Below, piece after piece: positions 7,768-17,258 of a DNA stretch of 64,000 nt. The translations under genes were made by a program, and so were the position numbers. The DNA comes from a bacterium. GTDB lineage: Bacteria; Actinomycetota; Acidimicrobiia; Spongiisociales; UBA5794. The notes below the pieces were generated by a model. It saw only the letters and a program-made list of their open reading frames with translations, was not told the DNA's origin and did not search any database. The stretch is taken from positions 23,093-87,092 of the forward strand of contig JAAELU010000141.1 in NCBI GenBank assembly GCA_024226255.1, written 5' to 3'. The stretch's first letter is position 1, and every line of letters begins with the position of its first letter.

Positions 7768-9639
7768 TTGGGGGCTCTCGTGAGACGCTTGGTCGTGTCG
7801 TTCTTGCTGGCAACGACCGCGCTCATCGTCATCCCGGTGGCGGCCTTCGCCGACGCTCCGACGTGCCAGGGAGTGCCCGCAACCATCGTGGGTACCGACG
7901 GTGATGACAAGATCTACGGAACCGACGGGGATGACGTGATTGTCGGGCTCGGCGGCGACGACGAACTCTCGGGCAGGGGCGGCGATGACCTCATCTGCGG
8001 GGGCTCGGGAGACGACGAGCTCAAAGGCGGGAGCGGCAACGACACAATCAAGGGCGGCGGTGGCAGTGACGCCATCTACGGCCACGATGGCGACGACACC
8101 TTGCTCGGCGGATCTGGCCGAGACCATGTCACAGGCAACCAAGGCAGCGATGTGGTCAGCGGCAATCGATCTCGCGACACCCTCCAAGGAGGAGCCGGTG
8201 ACGACACGATGCGCGGCGGACCCGGCGCCGACCTGATCGGGGGCGGCTACCTCGACTCGGCAGCTTCCGGCAACGACCTCATATACGGCGGCTCCGGCCC
8301 CGACACGATCTGGGGAGGCGAAGGCAATGCCATCGTCTTCGGCGGCCGGGGTGAAGACCGTGTCTATGGCGAAACCGGCGACGACACCCTGAATGGCGGT
8401 CCGCATGACGATCTGCTCGTTGGAGGCGCCGGCATCGATGCGGCGGTGGGCGGCGGAGGCTCTGACGACTGCTCCGCCGAGACCATCGATTGCGAGAACT
8501 CGATTCCATCACTGGGCAACGTCGAGATCACCCTCGGTCATGAGTTCGTAACCCTCAAGGGCAGAGCCCACCATCACGACCCGCTCGGTGACATCGAGTA
8601 CGCCCTGAAGCGTGAAGAGTCTGGGCTGTGGGTGCAGCCCGACGGATCGATGGCCGCAGCCAAGGTGTGGCTGCCCACGACGCTCGACCCGCTCACGCAG
8701 TGGGATACCGATTGGTCGGCGTCGATCGAGCTGCGCCGGGGCCACTATCGGCTTTCGGTGCGGGCTATGGATGCCGACGGAGACAGGGACTACCTGCGAC
8801 CCCGGCCAACGTTCAGTGTCCGCCGATTCGGAATGGAGATTGGCCTCATCAAGGGAGGCACCGACCTCTTCACATACTTCGACATAGAAGTGCTCCCGGA
8901 TGGAACCCGGTTGGGCCGCGGCGACCGCGATGGGCGAGGCAATCCCATCCCAGCGAACGGATTTGGGCAGACCATCCGAATTCCCGGCGCCGCTCACGAC
9001 GGCTTCGACTCCATCGACTTTGTCGAAGTCGCTGTGCAGGACACCACCACTGGACTGTGGCTGCAGACTGACGGCGGATTCGGCTCGGCCGAGGCACGCC
9101 ACCCAGCCGATTGCCCGCAGTGTGACGAGGGCGGCTCGACCTCCTGGCTATTCGACGCCGAACTAGCCGATGGCGACTACCACTTGGTGGCCTACGGGAC
9201 GCGGTTCTTCCCCGCCACTCCGGACGTGGCCCAGATTGAATGGGACTTCGCCGCCGACGGCACAATCGACGAGATGCCGACGGTGACCGTCGACCAGCCG
9301 ATGGGGTCGGTGTTCCCGCCGGACGCCATCGCGTTCAGTGGAACCGCCACCGACAATTTCGGCGTCAACCGGGTCAGAGTCTCGATCCGCGACCGAGCCA
9401 CGGGCTTGTGGCTGCAGTCGCTCCACCTGCCGCTCAGGTGGGACGACTACAAACGCGCGTTCCCTGTTGAGTTGGCATCGCCTGACGAACCGATCACCAA
9501 CTGGTCAGTCGATGCGCTACGTGGTCGGCCGCTGGAGCTGCCACCGGGCAGCTACAACCTATCGGTTGCCGTGCACGACGGGGCGATGCATCGCGGCTCG
9601 ATCAACCCATGGCTCACCTTTGAAGTAGCAGATCCGTAG
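7768..9639 (+). CDS. secreted RTX-family calcium-binding repeat protein with three C-terminal repeats of about 100 aa of unknown fold
   Basis: Signal peptide LVVSFLLATTALIVIPVAAFADAP. More than 15 GGxGxDxL/I nonapeptide repeats (aa 40-230). C-terminal repeats are marked by GLW(V/L)Q.DG motifs. The start is TTG 7768 or GTG 7780. Confidence 0.8.
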   Translation: MGALVRRLVVSFLLATTALIVIPVAAFADAPTCQGVPATIVGTDGDDKIYGTDGDDVIVGLGGDDELSGRGGDDLICGGSGDDELKGGSGNDTIKGGGGSDAIYGHDGDDTLLGGSGRDHVTGNQGSDVVSGNRSRDTLQGGAGDDTMRGGPGADLIGGGYLDSAASGNDLIYGGSGPDTIWGGEGNAIVFGGRGEDRVYGETGDDTLNGGPHDDLLVGGAGIDAAVGGGGSDDCSAETIDCENSIPSLGNVEITLGHEFVTLKGRAHHHDPLGDIEYALKREESGLWVQPDGSMAAAKVWLPTTLDPLTQWDTDWSASIELRRGHYRLSVRAMDADGDRDYLRPRPTFSVRRFGMEIGLIKGGTDLFTYFDIEVLPDGTRLGRGDRDGRGNPIPANGFGQTIRIPGAAHDGFDSIDFVEVAVQDTTTGLWLQTDGGFGSAEARHPADCPQCDEGGSTSWLFDAELADGDYHLVAYGTRFFPATPDVAQIEWDFAADGTIDEMPTVTVDQPMGSVFPPDAIAFSGTATDNFGVNRVRVSIRDRATGLWLQSLHLPLRWDDYKRAFPVELASPDEPITNWSVDALRGRPLELPPGSYNLSVAVHDGAMHRGSINPWLTFEVADP

Positions 9640-9675
9640 AATCGCCGCACAAGCCGCCGGGCTGACCTCTGACTT

Positions 9676-9854
9676 CCGACGCCCACTCAATCCGAGCATC
9701 GACTCTCACGCCGTACGCGCCCCTACTGTCGCGTTTCCTTTGTCTGGTGTGCTGTCGTGTGATGTCCTTGAGCGGCTCGCGCCAGGGCAGATGTGAGTGT
9801 CCTTCCAAGCTGTGGTGGCTGGGGCGGAGAAGGTTCGATCCCAGCGGTGCCCAC
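9676..9854 (+). repeat. Copy b of the tRNA-Val-3'-end-terminated repeat
   Basis: The body 9688-9831 aligns to 7352-7488. The 3' end is ggttcgatcccagcggtgccca (9832-9854). A degenerate gacgcccac lies at the 5' side (9678-9686). Confidence 0.75.
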
Positions 9855-10008
9855 GAGCTGGCCAGCGGGCGTCGAGACTCAGCCAGTCGGGAGACGCGTC
9901 GTAGAACGCACCCGTCGAGTGCGCGGCCCGGACGGATGGGCCGCCCCCACCTCGCGTCCCCCGTTCCGTACGGTTGAGATGACGTTGGGCAAGCAATCGA
10001 GGTACGCC

Positions 10009-10149
10009 ATGAGCCACATTCGACGCCGAAGGCCAACAGTCCTGCTCCTGTCCGTCGTTTTGCTGTTTGCTGTTGCTAACCCAGCATTCGCAGCCCCGGT
10101 TCACGACCAGGGACAGATATTCGGGCCGCAACGTGTGGAGGGTGCCTGA
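10009..10149 (+). CDS. candidate 46-aa secreted peptide (signal peptide plus about 18-aa mature part)
   Basis: MSHIRRRRPTVLLLSVVLLFAVANPAFA|APVHDQGQIFGPQRVEGA. Weak RBS and GC3 only about 63%; speculative. Confidence 0.2.
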   Translation: MSHIRRRRPTVLLLSVVLLFAVANPAFAAPVHDQGQIFGPQRVEGA

Positions 10150-10628
10150 CGGTGTGCGGACAAGATTCAGCATCGACTGCCTCGACGTGGATGGAACCAA
10201 GCGACGATGACCGGTCATATCACGCGGTCGAACAAGGAACACGTGCCGGTTGGGATGCCAGTCTGGTTCAGAGTTGTGACAGGGGAAGATGCCGAACCCG
10301 ACGTCATGACGTGGTTGATCTACGAGAGCGACTCCCCAGACCAGTGGCCAACGGACTGCCACGACGAGACCGCCCCGCTCTTTGCTGATTTGCTGTTTCC
10401 GCTGATCTCAGGCTGGATGAAGGTCAGGGGGTGATGGCGATCCTGTGGGCCGGGCCGGGGATGACGGCCGACATGCGCCGGTGGCGGTGAGTTTTCGGTG
10501 CCTGCGCCACGCAGTTTGAGGCGGTTGATAACAAGCCGGTGCAAAAGTCGGCTGCTCGGTGCACTCGGATTGGTCCCCCACAAGGTCTGTAGACGGGGCG
10601 CATCGGTCTCGCTGCGGCCTCTCCTGGG

Positions 10629-11183
10629 TTAATCCACCCGCTCGATGGGGCCCGATGTTGTCAGTGTCTGGGTGTCGTCATTCCACGTCTGTGTGTAGGA
10701 CCACCGGAGTCCAGCGCAATTGCCTGTTCCGAGCATCACACCTTCGTAGGTGGCGGACCCGGCTAGGAGCTCAGCTTCGTATGAGGCACCCTCGGGTGGG
10801 TCCCATTCGCAGCTCCCACCGTATCCGCGGAGGTTTCCGGAGACTGCTGTCTTGTTGCCTGCGTCGTCGAGTTGATAGTTGATCTGCACGAGCCAGTTCT
10901 CGAAGAATGGATGTGTCCGAAAGCCGTATGCGGCGATGAATAGTCCGTCGCCACGATCCAAGAAGTCGCAGTTCTCCCACTCGATTGTTGTGTCGACTAG
11001 AAATGGCGCGAGAGGGTCTCCCGTCGTCGCTGAAGTTGTCTCGGAAGCTGTGGGGGGTGACACGGTTATGGAAGGGGCGGCTGTGGAGGCGAGCGTCGCG
11101 GTGGCCACCGAGGACGAGGTCGAATCCGCAGTGGCATCTTCCGCGCCTCCGCATGAGGTGACTATCAGTGCTGCTGCGGTCAT
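10629..11183 (-). CDS. putative lipoprotein (secreted, unknown function)
   Basis: MTAAALIVTSCGG lipobox followed by a Ser/Thr-rich linker and a Trp/Tyr-rich beta domain. The track start at 11246 adds 21 aa. Confidence 0.6.
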   Translation of the reverse strand: MTAAALIVTSCGGAEDATADSTSSSVATATLASTAAPSITVSPPTASETTSATTGDPLAPFLVDTTIEWENCDFLDRGDGLFIAAYGFRTHPFFENWLVQINYQLDDAGNKTAVSGNLRGYGGSCEWDPPEGASYEAELLAGSATYEGVMLGTGNCAGLRWSYTQTWNDDTQTLTTSGPIERVD

Positions 11184-11538
11184 TGCGGCAAATGAGTTTC
11201 GCACGTGCCTCCTTGCTCGACGTAGCCCAACTTGGCTGTACAGCAAGTAGGGACGGGCCCTTGATGACCGTGGGTCAGAACAGGCTGACTACTGGAGCCG
11301 AAACCGAGCTAAACGAGCGGTACTTGTGGAGCCGACAGTCAACCTCGTGATTCGCGGCCTGCAGCACGATGACGCCGTGGCGTGCGCCACGGCTACGGCA
11401 ATCGGCTCGCAGTCCGAGTGATTCAATGGGCGCGGCCACGACGTTGACTCGCGTCGGCGGCCAAACCGAGAGACTGGACAATGGCTCGTCGGACCCGACC
11501 AGGAGGCCCGGCCCGACGAGCGACATGTATGAGGACTC

Positions 11539-12396
11539 CTATCGACCTGGCGTCGGACCGCTGGCAGTCGGCACAACTGTCGGTGCCGCAATCGGTTCAG
11601 CAGCGATCGTGGGCACGCCGAGCGCCCATGAGCCGAGGCTTCGCGTGTTTCCCGTGGTACTCGATGTCACATAGAGGCTGGTGCCCCAGGGGTCGGCGAA
11701 ACCGCAGGAGTAGTCGGGCCCAGTCTGGGCGATGCATGTGAAGCCCACGTTCTTCGATTCCGTTTGATACAGGCAAAGGTTCCCCGTCGTCGCCTCCGGG
11801 GCTGCAGACGAGCCAGGGCACGCTGCCGTTGGCGAAGCGGCCGGGGCGAGTAGATGCACCATCGGAGCTGAAGCGAGTGTCACTCCAAACGAAATCCCAG
11901 CAGTTGACTCATCCCCTTCGCCGGTAGCCTCGTAGGACACATTGAAGGCGCCGCGAACCGTTGTTCCCGAGAAGTGATCGTGGTCGCTGGCGGCAAAGTC
12001 CGAGGAGTCCATGCCGTCGAGCAACTGGCTGTCGTCAACGGTCCCGTTCCTATCTGAGTCGTAGGCGCTCTTCTTCAGGAAGGCCCCGGCGCTCTTCCCG
12101 TCGAGTCTGTCCGCGTTCAGCTTGGCCACTTTTACAGACGAATTCACCTTGAAGGGGGCGTTTCCTGGCTCGACATCAAGTCGCAACGCGATACCGTCCT
12201 CCGAGGTATTGATGATTCTCAGATTCGACGACGTGACGTCTCCTGTCAGTCGAGTCGACGAATCGACGGCATTGGTTTGACCGAGCATCATCGCTGCCAC
12301 GGCGCTCGCCACGGCTGGACCCGCGGTCACAAGCATTGCCCCAACCAGTAACCCAACAACAGCGCTGCGGGCATTAAGCCATTTGGTCTTGGTCAT
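11539..12396 (-). CDS. secreted hypothetical protein
   Basis: Signal peptide MTKTKWLNARSAVVGLLVGAMLVTAGPAVASA; the remainder is Ser/Thr/Gly/Asp-rich with no recognised domain. Confidence 0.6.
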   Translation of the reverse strand: MTKTKWLNARSAVVGLLVGAMLVTAGPAVASAVAAMMLGQTNAVDSSTRLTGDVTSSNLRIINTSEDGIALRLDVEPGNAPFKVNSSVKVAKLNADRLDGKSAGAFLKKSAYDSDRNGTVDDSQLLDGMDSSDFAASDHDHFSGTTVRGAFNVSYEATGEGDESTAGISFGVTLASAPMVHLLAPAASPTAACPGSSAAPEATTGNLCLYQTESKNVGFTCIAQTGPDYSCGFADPWGTSLYVTSSTTGNTRSLGSWALGVPTIAAEPIAAPTVVPTASGPTPGR

Positions 12397-12439
12397 GTGG
12401 TCTCCCTCCCATGTTGTGGTTCAGCCTACGTAACCAACC

Positions 12440-12676
12440 ACACCATTTGCTCTGAAAGGGCCTGACCTCCGCCGCGCCAGCCGCTTAGATGCCACGGGAT
12501 TCTGTAGGTGCGCGTTTCTGTGACCTGTGACGTCATGAGACGTATCGGTGGACGAGTTGGCGCGTCTCGGCCTGCGGCGCGGATGAGGTTCGATCCCGAT
12601 AGCGCCTACCGCCGGGAGCGTTGATCCGGTCGCGTACACGTTTTGTGTGCGACCCCTGTGGTTTCCTGTGATGGGC
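12440..12676 (+). repeat. Copy c of the tRNA-Val-3'-end-terminated repeat, followed by the start of a second, truncated body
   Basis: Body about 12497-12586; att-like ggttcgatcccgatagcgcctacc at 12587-12610. Positions 12611-12676 again align to the first 65 bp of the body (agcgttg...gtgtgcg...gtttcct). Confidence 0.7.
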
Positions 12677-14509
12677 CTATCCACCACCGGTGTAGTGCGG
12701 TAAGCCGTGGAGCATGAAGATCCCTCTCACCGCATCGAGCTCGTCCGGGTGGTCTCGGGCAACACTGTCCACGACGAGGCTCGCAAGAATGTTTGTCTCG
12801 TAATTGCCCTTGTTGAGCGCAAGTGCGGTCGAAAAGGCAGTTGCCAATGCACGGTTAGCCTCCCGTGGGTTTGACCATGGCCCATCCCACAGTGCCGTGT
12901 GGAATGCCTGTACCAGCGGCGTCCCGATGACGTAGTCACTGGTTCCGCAGTCCCCGTCGAAAATGGCAAGTGACGATGACTTGAGATCGAAACTCGACGC
13001 TGGGACACCGTTAGCGATCGGATCGCCGGCCCCAAAGAAGCTGTACCTCGCGTCGTGCAACACCAAGGCCATGAAGATCTCAGCGATAGCTTCTTGGTAT
13101 CCGCGGCTGGCACAGCTCGTCAGGTCGAATCCTCCGCCGAGCCCGAGCATGGTCGGGTTCATATAGCCAAAAACGTATCCGGCCGCGTAATGACCGTACT
13201 CATGAAGGATGACTTCAGGTATCACCTTGCCTGCCGCCACAAAGAACCGAGCGCCATCCGAATCGAACGCCCGAAAGCAGCCGTCGGGATCGCCGGGCGT
13301 CAGCAAGCACGCCGTCCCAAATCCGCCTTGGTCACTCAGAACATTTGGACCGACGGGGTCAGGCGTATGGATCTGGTCACCGGTCCACCCCGACGGGGTG
13401 ATCCAAATGTGATCGATCGCGTAGCGGCGTGCAAGCATTGTCCAGAAATAGACGGTCTGACGCTCGATATCGGTCCCCGCGAAATTGGGCCGGCTAGCGC
13501 AGCTGCTGTCGAAGTGGACTAGATCCGAGTCCGCGGGATCGCCGCCCACTTCGTGAACCGCGAAGTCTGGTGGGTGCTCTGCGCTGTTGAACTCGAGACG
13601 GTACTCACAGCTATCACCTCGAATGACGCTGATGGGGACCACTTCGATCGGGAATGAGCCATCAGCATCGCGATACATCATTTGGGCGCAAGCCAATCGG
13701 TCTGTCTCATTGGCTGCGGTGTAGCGCGAGGTCGGCATCACCTCGGTCCATTCTGCGAAGTTAACGCCCCCACTGCCCCCAATGTCGTAGTTGGCCCCCC
13801 AGATGTAGCGCATCGGCTCACAGAGTCCCAGGTATTCGGAGCCGGGAAGATCGAATTCATATGAATCCGAAGAGCCAACCTGCGTTGCCGGCACCGATAT
13901 CTCAGTGCCTGCGTCCCGATCCGCGTACAGGACAAGGACCTCCGTAATCGCGGCCCCCTGCTCAGCGCCCGCCGCGGTCATTGTCACGTCCACGCCCACT
14001 TTGTAGGTGTGCCCGGCTCCGACCACATACGCGGTCTCCGGCGCAATCAAGCCGTCTGCAAGCACAACCCGGGTCGGCCCGGCAACAAACTCTACGGCGG
14101 GTTCGGAGCCGCCGACAACCAGACCCTCGCAGGCAACCAATACCAAACTCGCCGCGGTAACCAGCACCAACCCAGCCACCCAGCCACGAGTCCAGATTCC
14201 CAAGTACTTCACACCGGGATCCTTCCCACGCTGAGCAGGGAGCGAGACTCCCTGCCTCCACCGTTCATTCTCACCGACCGCGGCTTCTACCCGACGTGCA
14301 GTTCGGGGGTCCACCTCGGTGCTCGCCCGTCGTCCATCAACTTGTCGAGTTCTTGCCCCTTTCGTCACAGGTTTGGCCCGGATGGAAGTACCAGTTCTCG
14401 TTGTTGACCCTTGTGTCGTCCCACTCTCGGCATTCCTCTTGGGTATAGTCGTCGCCGCAGTACCTGCCCGTGCTGTCACAGGCTCCAAGAGAGCTACTGC
14501 AGCTCGCAC
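12677..14509 (-). CDS. secreted or membrane-anchored zinc metalloprotease (HExxH)
   Basis: VILHEYGHYAAGYVFGY zinc-binding motif; TM/signal segment WVAGLVLVTAASLVLVAC. The N-terminal roughly 100 aa of the track ORF are low-complexity, and the true start may be GTG near 14212. Confidence 0.6.
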   Translation of the reverse strand: MRAAVALLEPVTARAGTAATTIPKRNAESGTTQGSTTRTGTSIRAKPVTKGARTRQVDGRRASTEVDPRTARRVEAAVGENERWRQGVSLPAQRGKDPGVKYLGIWTRGWVAGLVLVTAASLVLVACEGLVVGGSEPAVEFVAGPTRVVLADGLIAPETAYVVGAGHTYKVGVDVTMTAAGAEQGAAITEVLVLYADRDAGTEISVPATQVGSSDSYEFDLPGSEYLGLCEPMRYIWGANYDIGGSGGVNFAEWTEVMPTSRYTAANETDRLACAQMMYRDADGSFPIEVVPISVIRGDSCEYRLEFNSAEHPPDFAVHEVGGDPADSDLVHFDSSCASRPNFAGTDIERQTVYFWTMLARRYAIDHIWITPSGWTGDQIHTPDPVGPNVLSDQGGFGTACLLTPGDPDGCFRAFDSDGARFFVAAGKVIPEVILHEYGHYAAGYVFGYMNPTMLGLGGGFDLTSCASRGYQEAIAEIFMALVLHDARYSFFGAGDPIANGVPASSFDLKSSSLAIFDGDCGTSDYVIGTPLVQAFHTALWDGPWSNPREANRALATAFSTALALNKGNYETNILASLVVDSVARDHPDELDAVRGIFMLHGLPHYTGGG

Positions 14510-14588
14510 ATCCGACGCTGAAGGTCAACGAAACCGCCAGGGCAAATCCCCAGCCGAGGCGTGAGTTTCTTCTCTTTGTCGAGCTCAA
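14337..14588 (-). CDS. candidate small Cys-rich lipoprotein (83 aa)
   Basis: AGGGAG-N6-TTG start at 14588. Lipobox LAVSLTFSVGC. Eight Cys in CASCSSSLGACDSTGRYCGDDYTQEECREW...QTCDERG. GC3 about 75%. Confidence 0.4.
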   Translation of the reverse strand: MSSTKRRNSRLGWGFALAVSLTFSVGCASCSSSLGACDSTGRYCGDDYTQEECREWDDTRVNNENWYFHPGQTCDERGKNSTS

Positions 14589-15044
14589 CCTGAGCTCCCT
14601 TCTATTCGACCGCGGCTGATCTAGGACGACGGCCGCAGTTGTTGTAGGTCTCTCCTGAGAGGCTCCAGTCCGCGCTAAGTCCGCCCCTGGGGTGGCTGTG
14701 ACGGTGACGCTGCGATCTTCCATGTCTGCTGGCGAGATCGGTCGAAGGCACCACGCCGTAGCTACTGAACACGAACGAAGTCGCAAGTCCCAAGGCCGGT
14801 GAGAGTCTCAACATGATGTGCCCTTCCCACCGAGTCGTGCGAAGCGCGCTGTCGCTCATCTCAAAGCGTACAGAACGGTTCTAGGGGGGAGGGGCAATAG
14901 ATGATCACGCCTTCAGCAGCTCTCGGCCACTTCGCCGTTGTGCAAACGTCTGCGTCAAACTGCGGCCAAAGCGGGTGTTGCTCGACGTAGGTGCCCGAGC
15001 CCAATATGGGAGCGGACCAGGCTTTGCACACAGGGAGATGAAAC

Positions 15045-15557
15045 GTGACCGACGGCATCACCGACCGACTTCAGGCACTCGAGGACCGAGCGGAGATCAC
15101 CCAGCTTGTGGCCCGGTACGGACCTGCGGTCGACGATCACGCTTTTGACGACCTGGCCGAGCTTTATACCCACGACGCGGTCTTCGATTCGGTTGGCGGA
15201 CGCATCGAAGGACGTGAGGCCGTCATCGACTACTACCGCGAACGTGGCGACGTGTACGGGGCCTCGTACCACTACCCGCATAGTGTCGAGATCCATCTCG
15301 ATGGCCCTGACCGTGCTCACGGTGTCGTCTGCGCCCACGCCGAACTCTCCATTGGCGGCGAGACCCACTGGGTGGCAGTGCGCTACCACGACACGTATCA
15401 CCGTGACGGAGGCGCCTGGCGCTTCCACGAACGCGACGTGAAGCTGTTGTACGTGCTCAACGGAGCCGATCTTGCGACCGGTTTAGGCGACCGGGCACGC
15501 GTCCGCTGGCCCGGCACCAACCCGGCGATCGCGACCCTCGGCTCAGATCTGGCCTGA
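15045..15557 (+). CDS. SnoaL-like / NTF2-fold protein
   Basis: GGGAGA RBS plus GTG 15045; 170 aa with NTF2-like pattern (ELYTHDAVFDSVGGRIEGREAVIDYY). Confidence 0.6.
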   Translation: MTDGITDRLQALEDRAEITQLVARYGPAVDDHAFDDLAELYTHDAVFDSVGGRIEGREAVIDYYRERGDVYGASYHYPHSVEIHLDGPDRAHGVVCAHAELSIGGETHWVAVRYHDTYHRDGGAWRFHERDVKLLYVLNGADLATGLGDRARVRWPGTNPAIATLGSDLA

Positions 15558-15651
15558 CAGGCCACGGTCCGGTTGCGGAGCCATCACTGCACGTGGAACC
15601 GCTGATCTGACCTAAGGTTCACTGATCGAACGTCACGTACTTCGAGTTGGG

Positions 15652-17181
15652 TTGATCGCCGGCCTTCTGATCCTGGCGGGGTGCACCGCCGAGCCTGAAG
15701 TGGCTGAAAGTGCTCTGGAGTCTTCGGCTCCTCCGGTCGACACATCACCGATGACGTCTGTCGACGACTCGGTAGCGACCGCACCGAGCACCACGGCGTC
15801 GGCGCCTGCAACGACGTTGGAACCGCCACCACCGAATGCTGGATGGATCGCAGAGGCGATCGGCGACGGCGTTGCATGGCAGCGCGTCGAGGATCTCGAG
15901 ACCGGTCCACTGGGTCAGTTTGCAGTCGTCGCCAGCCACACCTACGCCGATCGTCAAGTCCTCTACCGCGATGCAGACGGTCGCTGGAGTGTCGTCCACC
16001 AACCGCCTCAGCAGGCAGGACCCTCGATTTCGTCAGCGAGTGTCGCGGTTGGAGAAGGCACCGCCATCGTTCTGTTCAGTGGCGAGAAACAATCTGTGTC
16101 GGTGGCAACAACGCACGATGGGACCGACTGGACCGTGACGGCACCCGTCGGCATTCCTCGCTCAGCGCTGATCCGCGACGCGGTTGCGACCAACTGGGGA
16201 TACGTGGCTGTCGGAATGCCGAAAGCGGACCGGATTGGCACGATCTGGACATCGGAGGACGGTGCCACTTGGACTGAGGCCGAAACATGGAATCGGGCTG
16301 ACTTCTCCGTTGCCAAGCTTGCGACCTCAGGGGATACCGTCGTGGCGGTCGGAATGAGGGGAAGCGAGCTATTCGCCTGGGCATCTCCCGACGGAACGGA
16401 GTGGACCCGCAATCGAGTCGACCCACCTTTCCGTTTGCACGATCCGGGTATCGCGTGGGCAGACGGGCAGTTCGCAATCGTCGGCCTGGCGTCGGGGCGA
16501 GACCGGTTCTTCGACGGTCCTGTGGTTATGGCATCGGCCGACGGCTTCCAGTGGCAGTATCTCGACCTCGATCTGAGGCCTGAGCCGGCCATAGTTCCAT
16601 GGCTCTCGAGTGGACCGCAGTTGGCGACGGTGGGCGAGAAGCTGCGACCGGAGCGCCATCCCAACTTCTGCGTCCTCTTTGGATGTGGTGACCCAGAAAT
16701 GCGGGCCTACACCTTCGACGAGGGACGCTGGTGGGAGCGCCAGCTTCCACCAATGGAAAGCAACAGATGGGTTGCCCGGGCGACTCAGGTCGACGGCAAG
16801 CTCATCGTTCTGAATGAATCCGAGAGCGGTTTGCAGGCATGGATCGAGGGCCCCATGGTCCAGATCACCGCCGTTGGCGAACCAGACATCCCGGAGATTC
16901 CGTTCGAGTGGGTCGAGCGCGACTCTGACCCAGATCTCGAAATGGGTGTCAAATACGCAATGTACGTCGGCACCCATTGTGGGATCGATCACTTAGCCAA
17001 ATGGCATGGCGTGAACTGGCGGGTAGCCGATGGCTGGGTGTATCCGCAAGGCATCGACCCGTACAACGACACGTTCTGGGGAACAGTCGAGCTGGTGGCG
17101 GAGGATCGCATCGTGTTTCGAGTCCTTGGCGAGGTGTACGCCGAGTATTCCCCGAGTGATCGCGACTTCATCTGTGCCTGA
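15652..17181 (+). CDS. lipoprotein with BNR/Asp-box repeats (beta-propeller, sialidase-like fold)
   Basis: LLILAGCTAEP lipobox. Repeated S/T-x-D-G-x-x-W Asp-boxes (ADGRWSV, THDGTDWTV, SEDGATWTE, SPDGTEWTR, SADGFQWQY). Confidence 0.7.
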   Translation: MIAGLLILAGCTAEPEVAESALESSAPPVDTSPMTSVDDSVATAPSTTASAPATTLEPPPPNAGWIAEAIGDGVAWQRVEDLETGPLGQFAVVASHTYADRQVLYRDADGRWSVVHQPPQQAGPSISSASVAVGEGTAIVLFSGEKQSVSVATTHDGTDWTVTAPVGIPRSALIRDAVATNWGYVAVGMPKADRIGTIWTSEDGATWTEAETWNRADFSVAKLATSGDTVVAVGMRGSELFAWASPDGTEWTRNRVDPPFRLHDPGIAWADGQFAIVGLASGRDRFFDGPVVMASADGFQWQYLDLDLRPEPAIVPWLSSGPQLATVGEKLRPERHPNFCVLFGCGDPEMRAYTFDEGRWWERQLPPMESNRWVARATQVDGKLIVLNESESGLQAWIEGPMVQITAVGEPDIPEIPFEWVERDSDPDLEMGVKYAMYVGTHCGIDHLAKWHGVNWRVADGWVYPQGIDPYNDTFWGTVELVAEDRIVFRVLGEVYAEYSPSDRDFICA

Positions 17182-17258
17182 TGGCACGGCGGGATGATGA
17201 GTGGACCTGAAGATGAAGGCCCGCTCGGGCCCCCATCCTCAGGTCTCGACGCAGTGAA

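Noticed and set aside
9793-10434. Track ORFs 9793-10149 (118 aa) and 10207-10434 (75 aa) as full-length genes.
   Set aside because: The first runs through repeat copy b, and only its last 46 codons look gene-like. The second has no recognisable signal, RBS or homology. It was left uncalled.
7050-14600. Prophage or ICE call for the accessory region.
   Set aside because: No integrase, recombinase, phage structural, replication or conjugation genes occur anywhere in the window. Only att-like repeats and cargo are present.
14602-14859. The ORF 14602-14859(-) as an independent gene.
   Set aside because: It overlaps the better-supported 14337-14588 frame region and lacks an RBS. It is kept only as a possible frameshift partner.
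15591-15660. An additional LexA-like half-site (tgatcgaacgtcacgtacttcgag) upstream of the BNR lipoprotein gene.
   Set aside because: The spacing between half-sites is 9, not 4, and the right half is imperfect. It is not a consensus SOS box.
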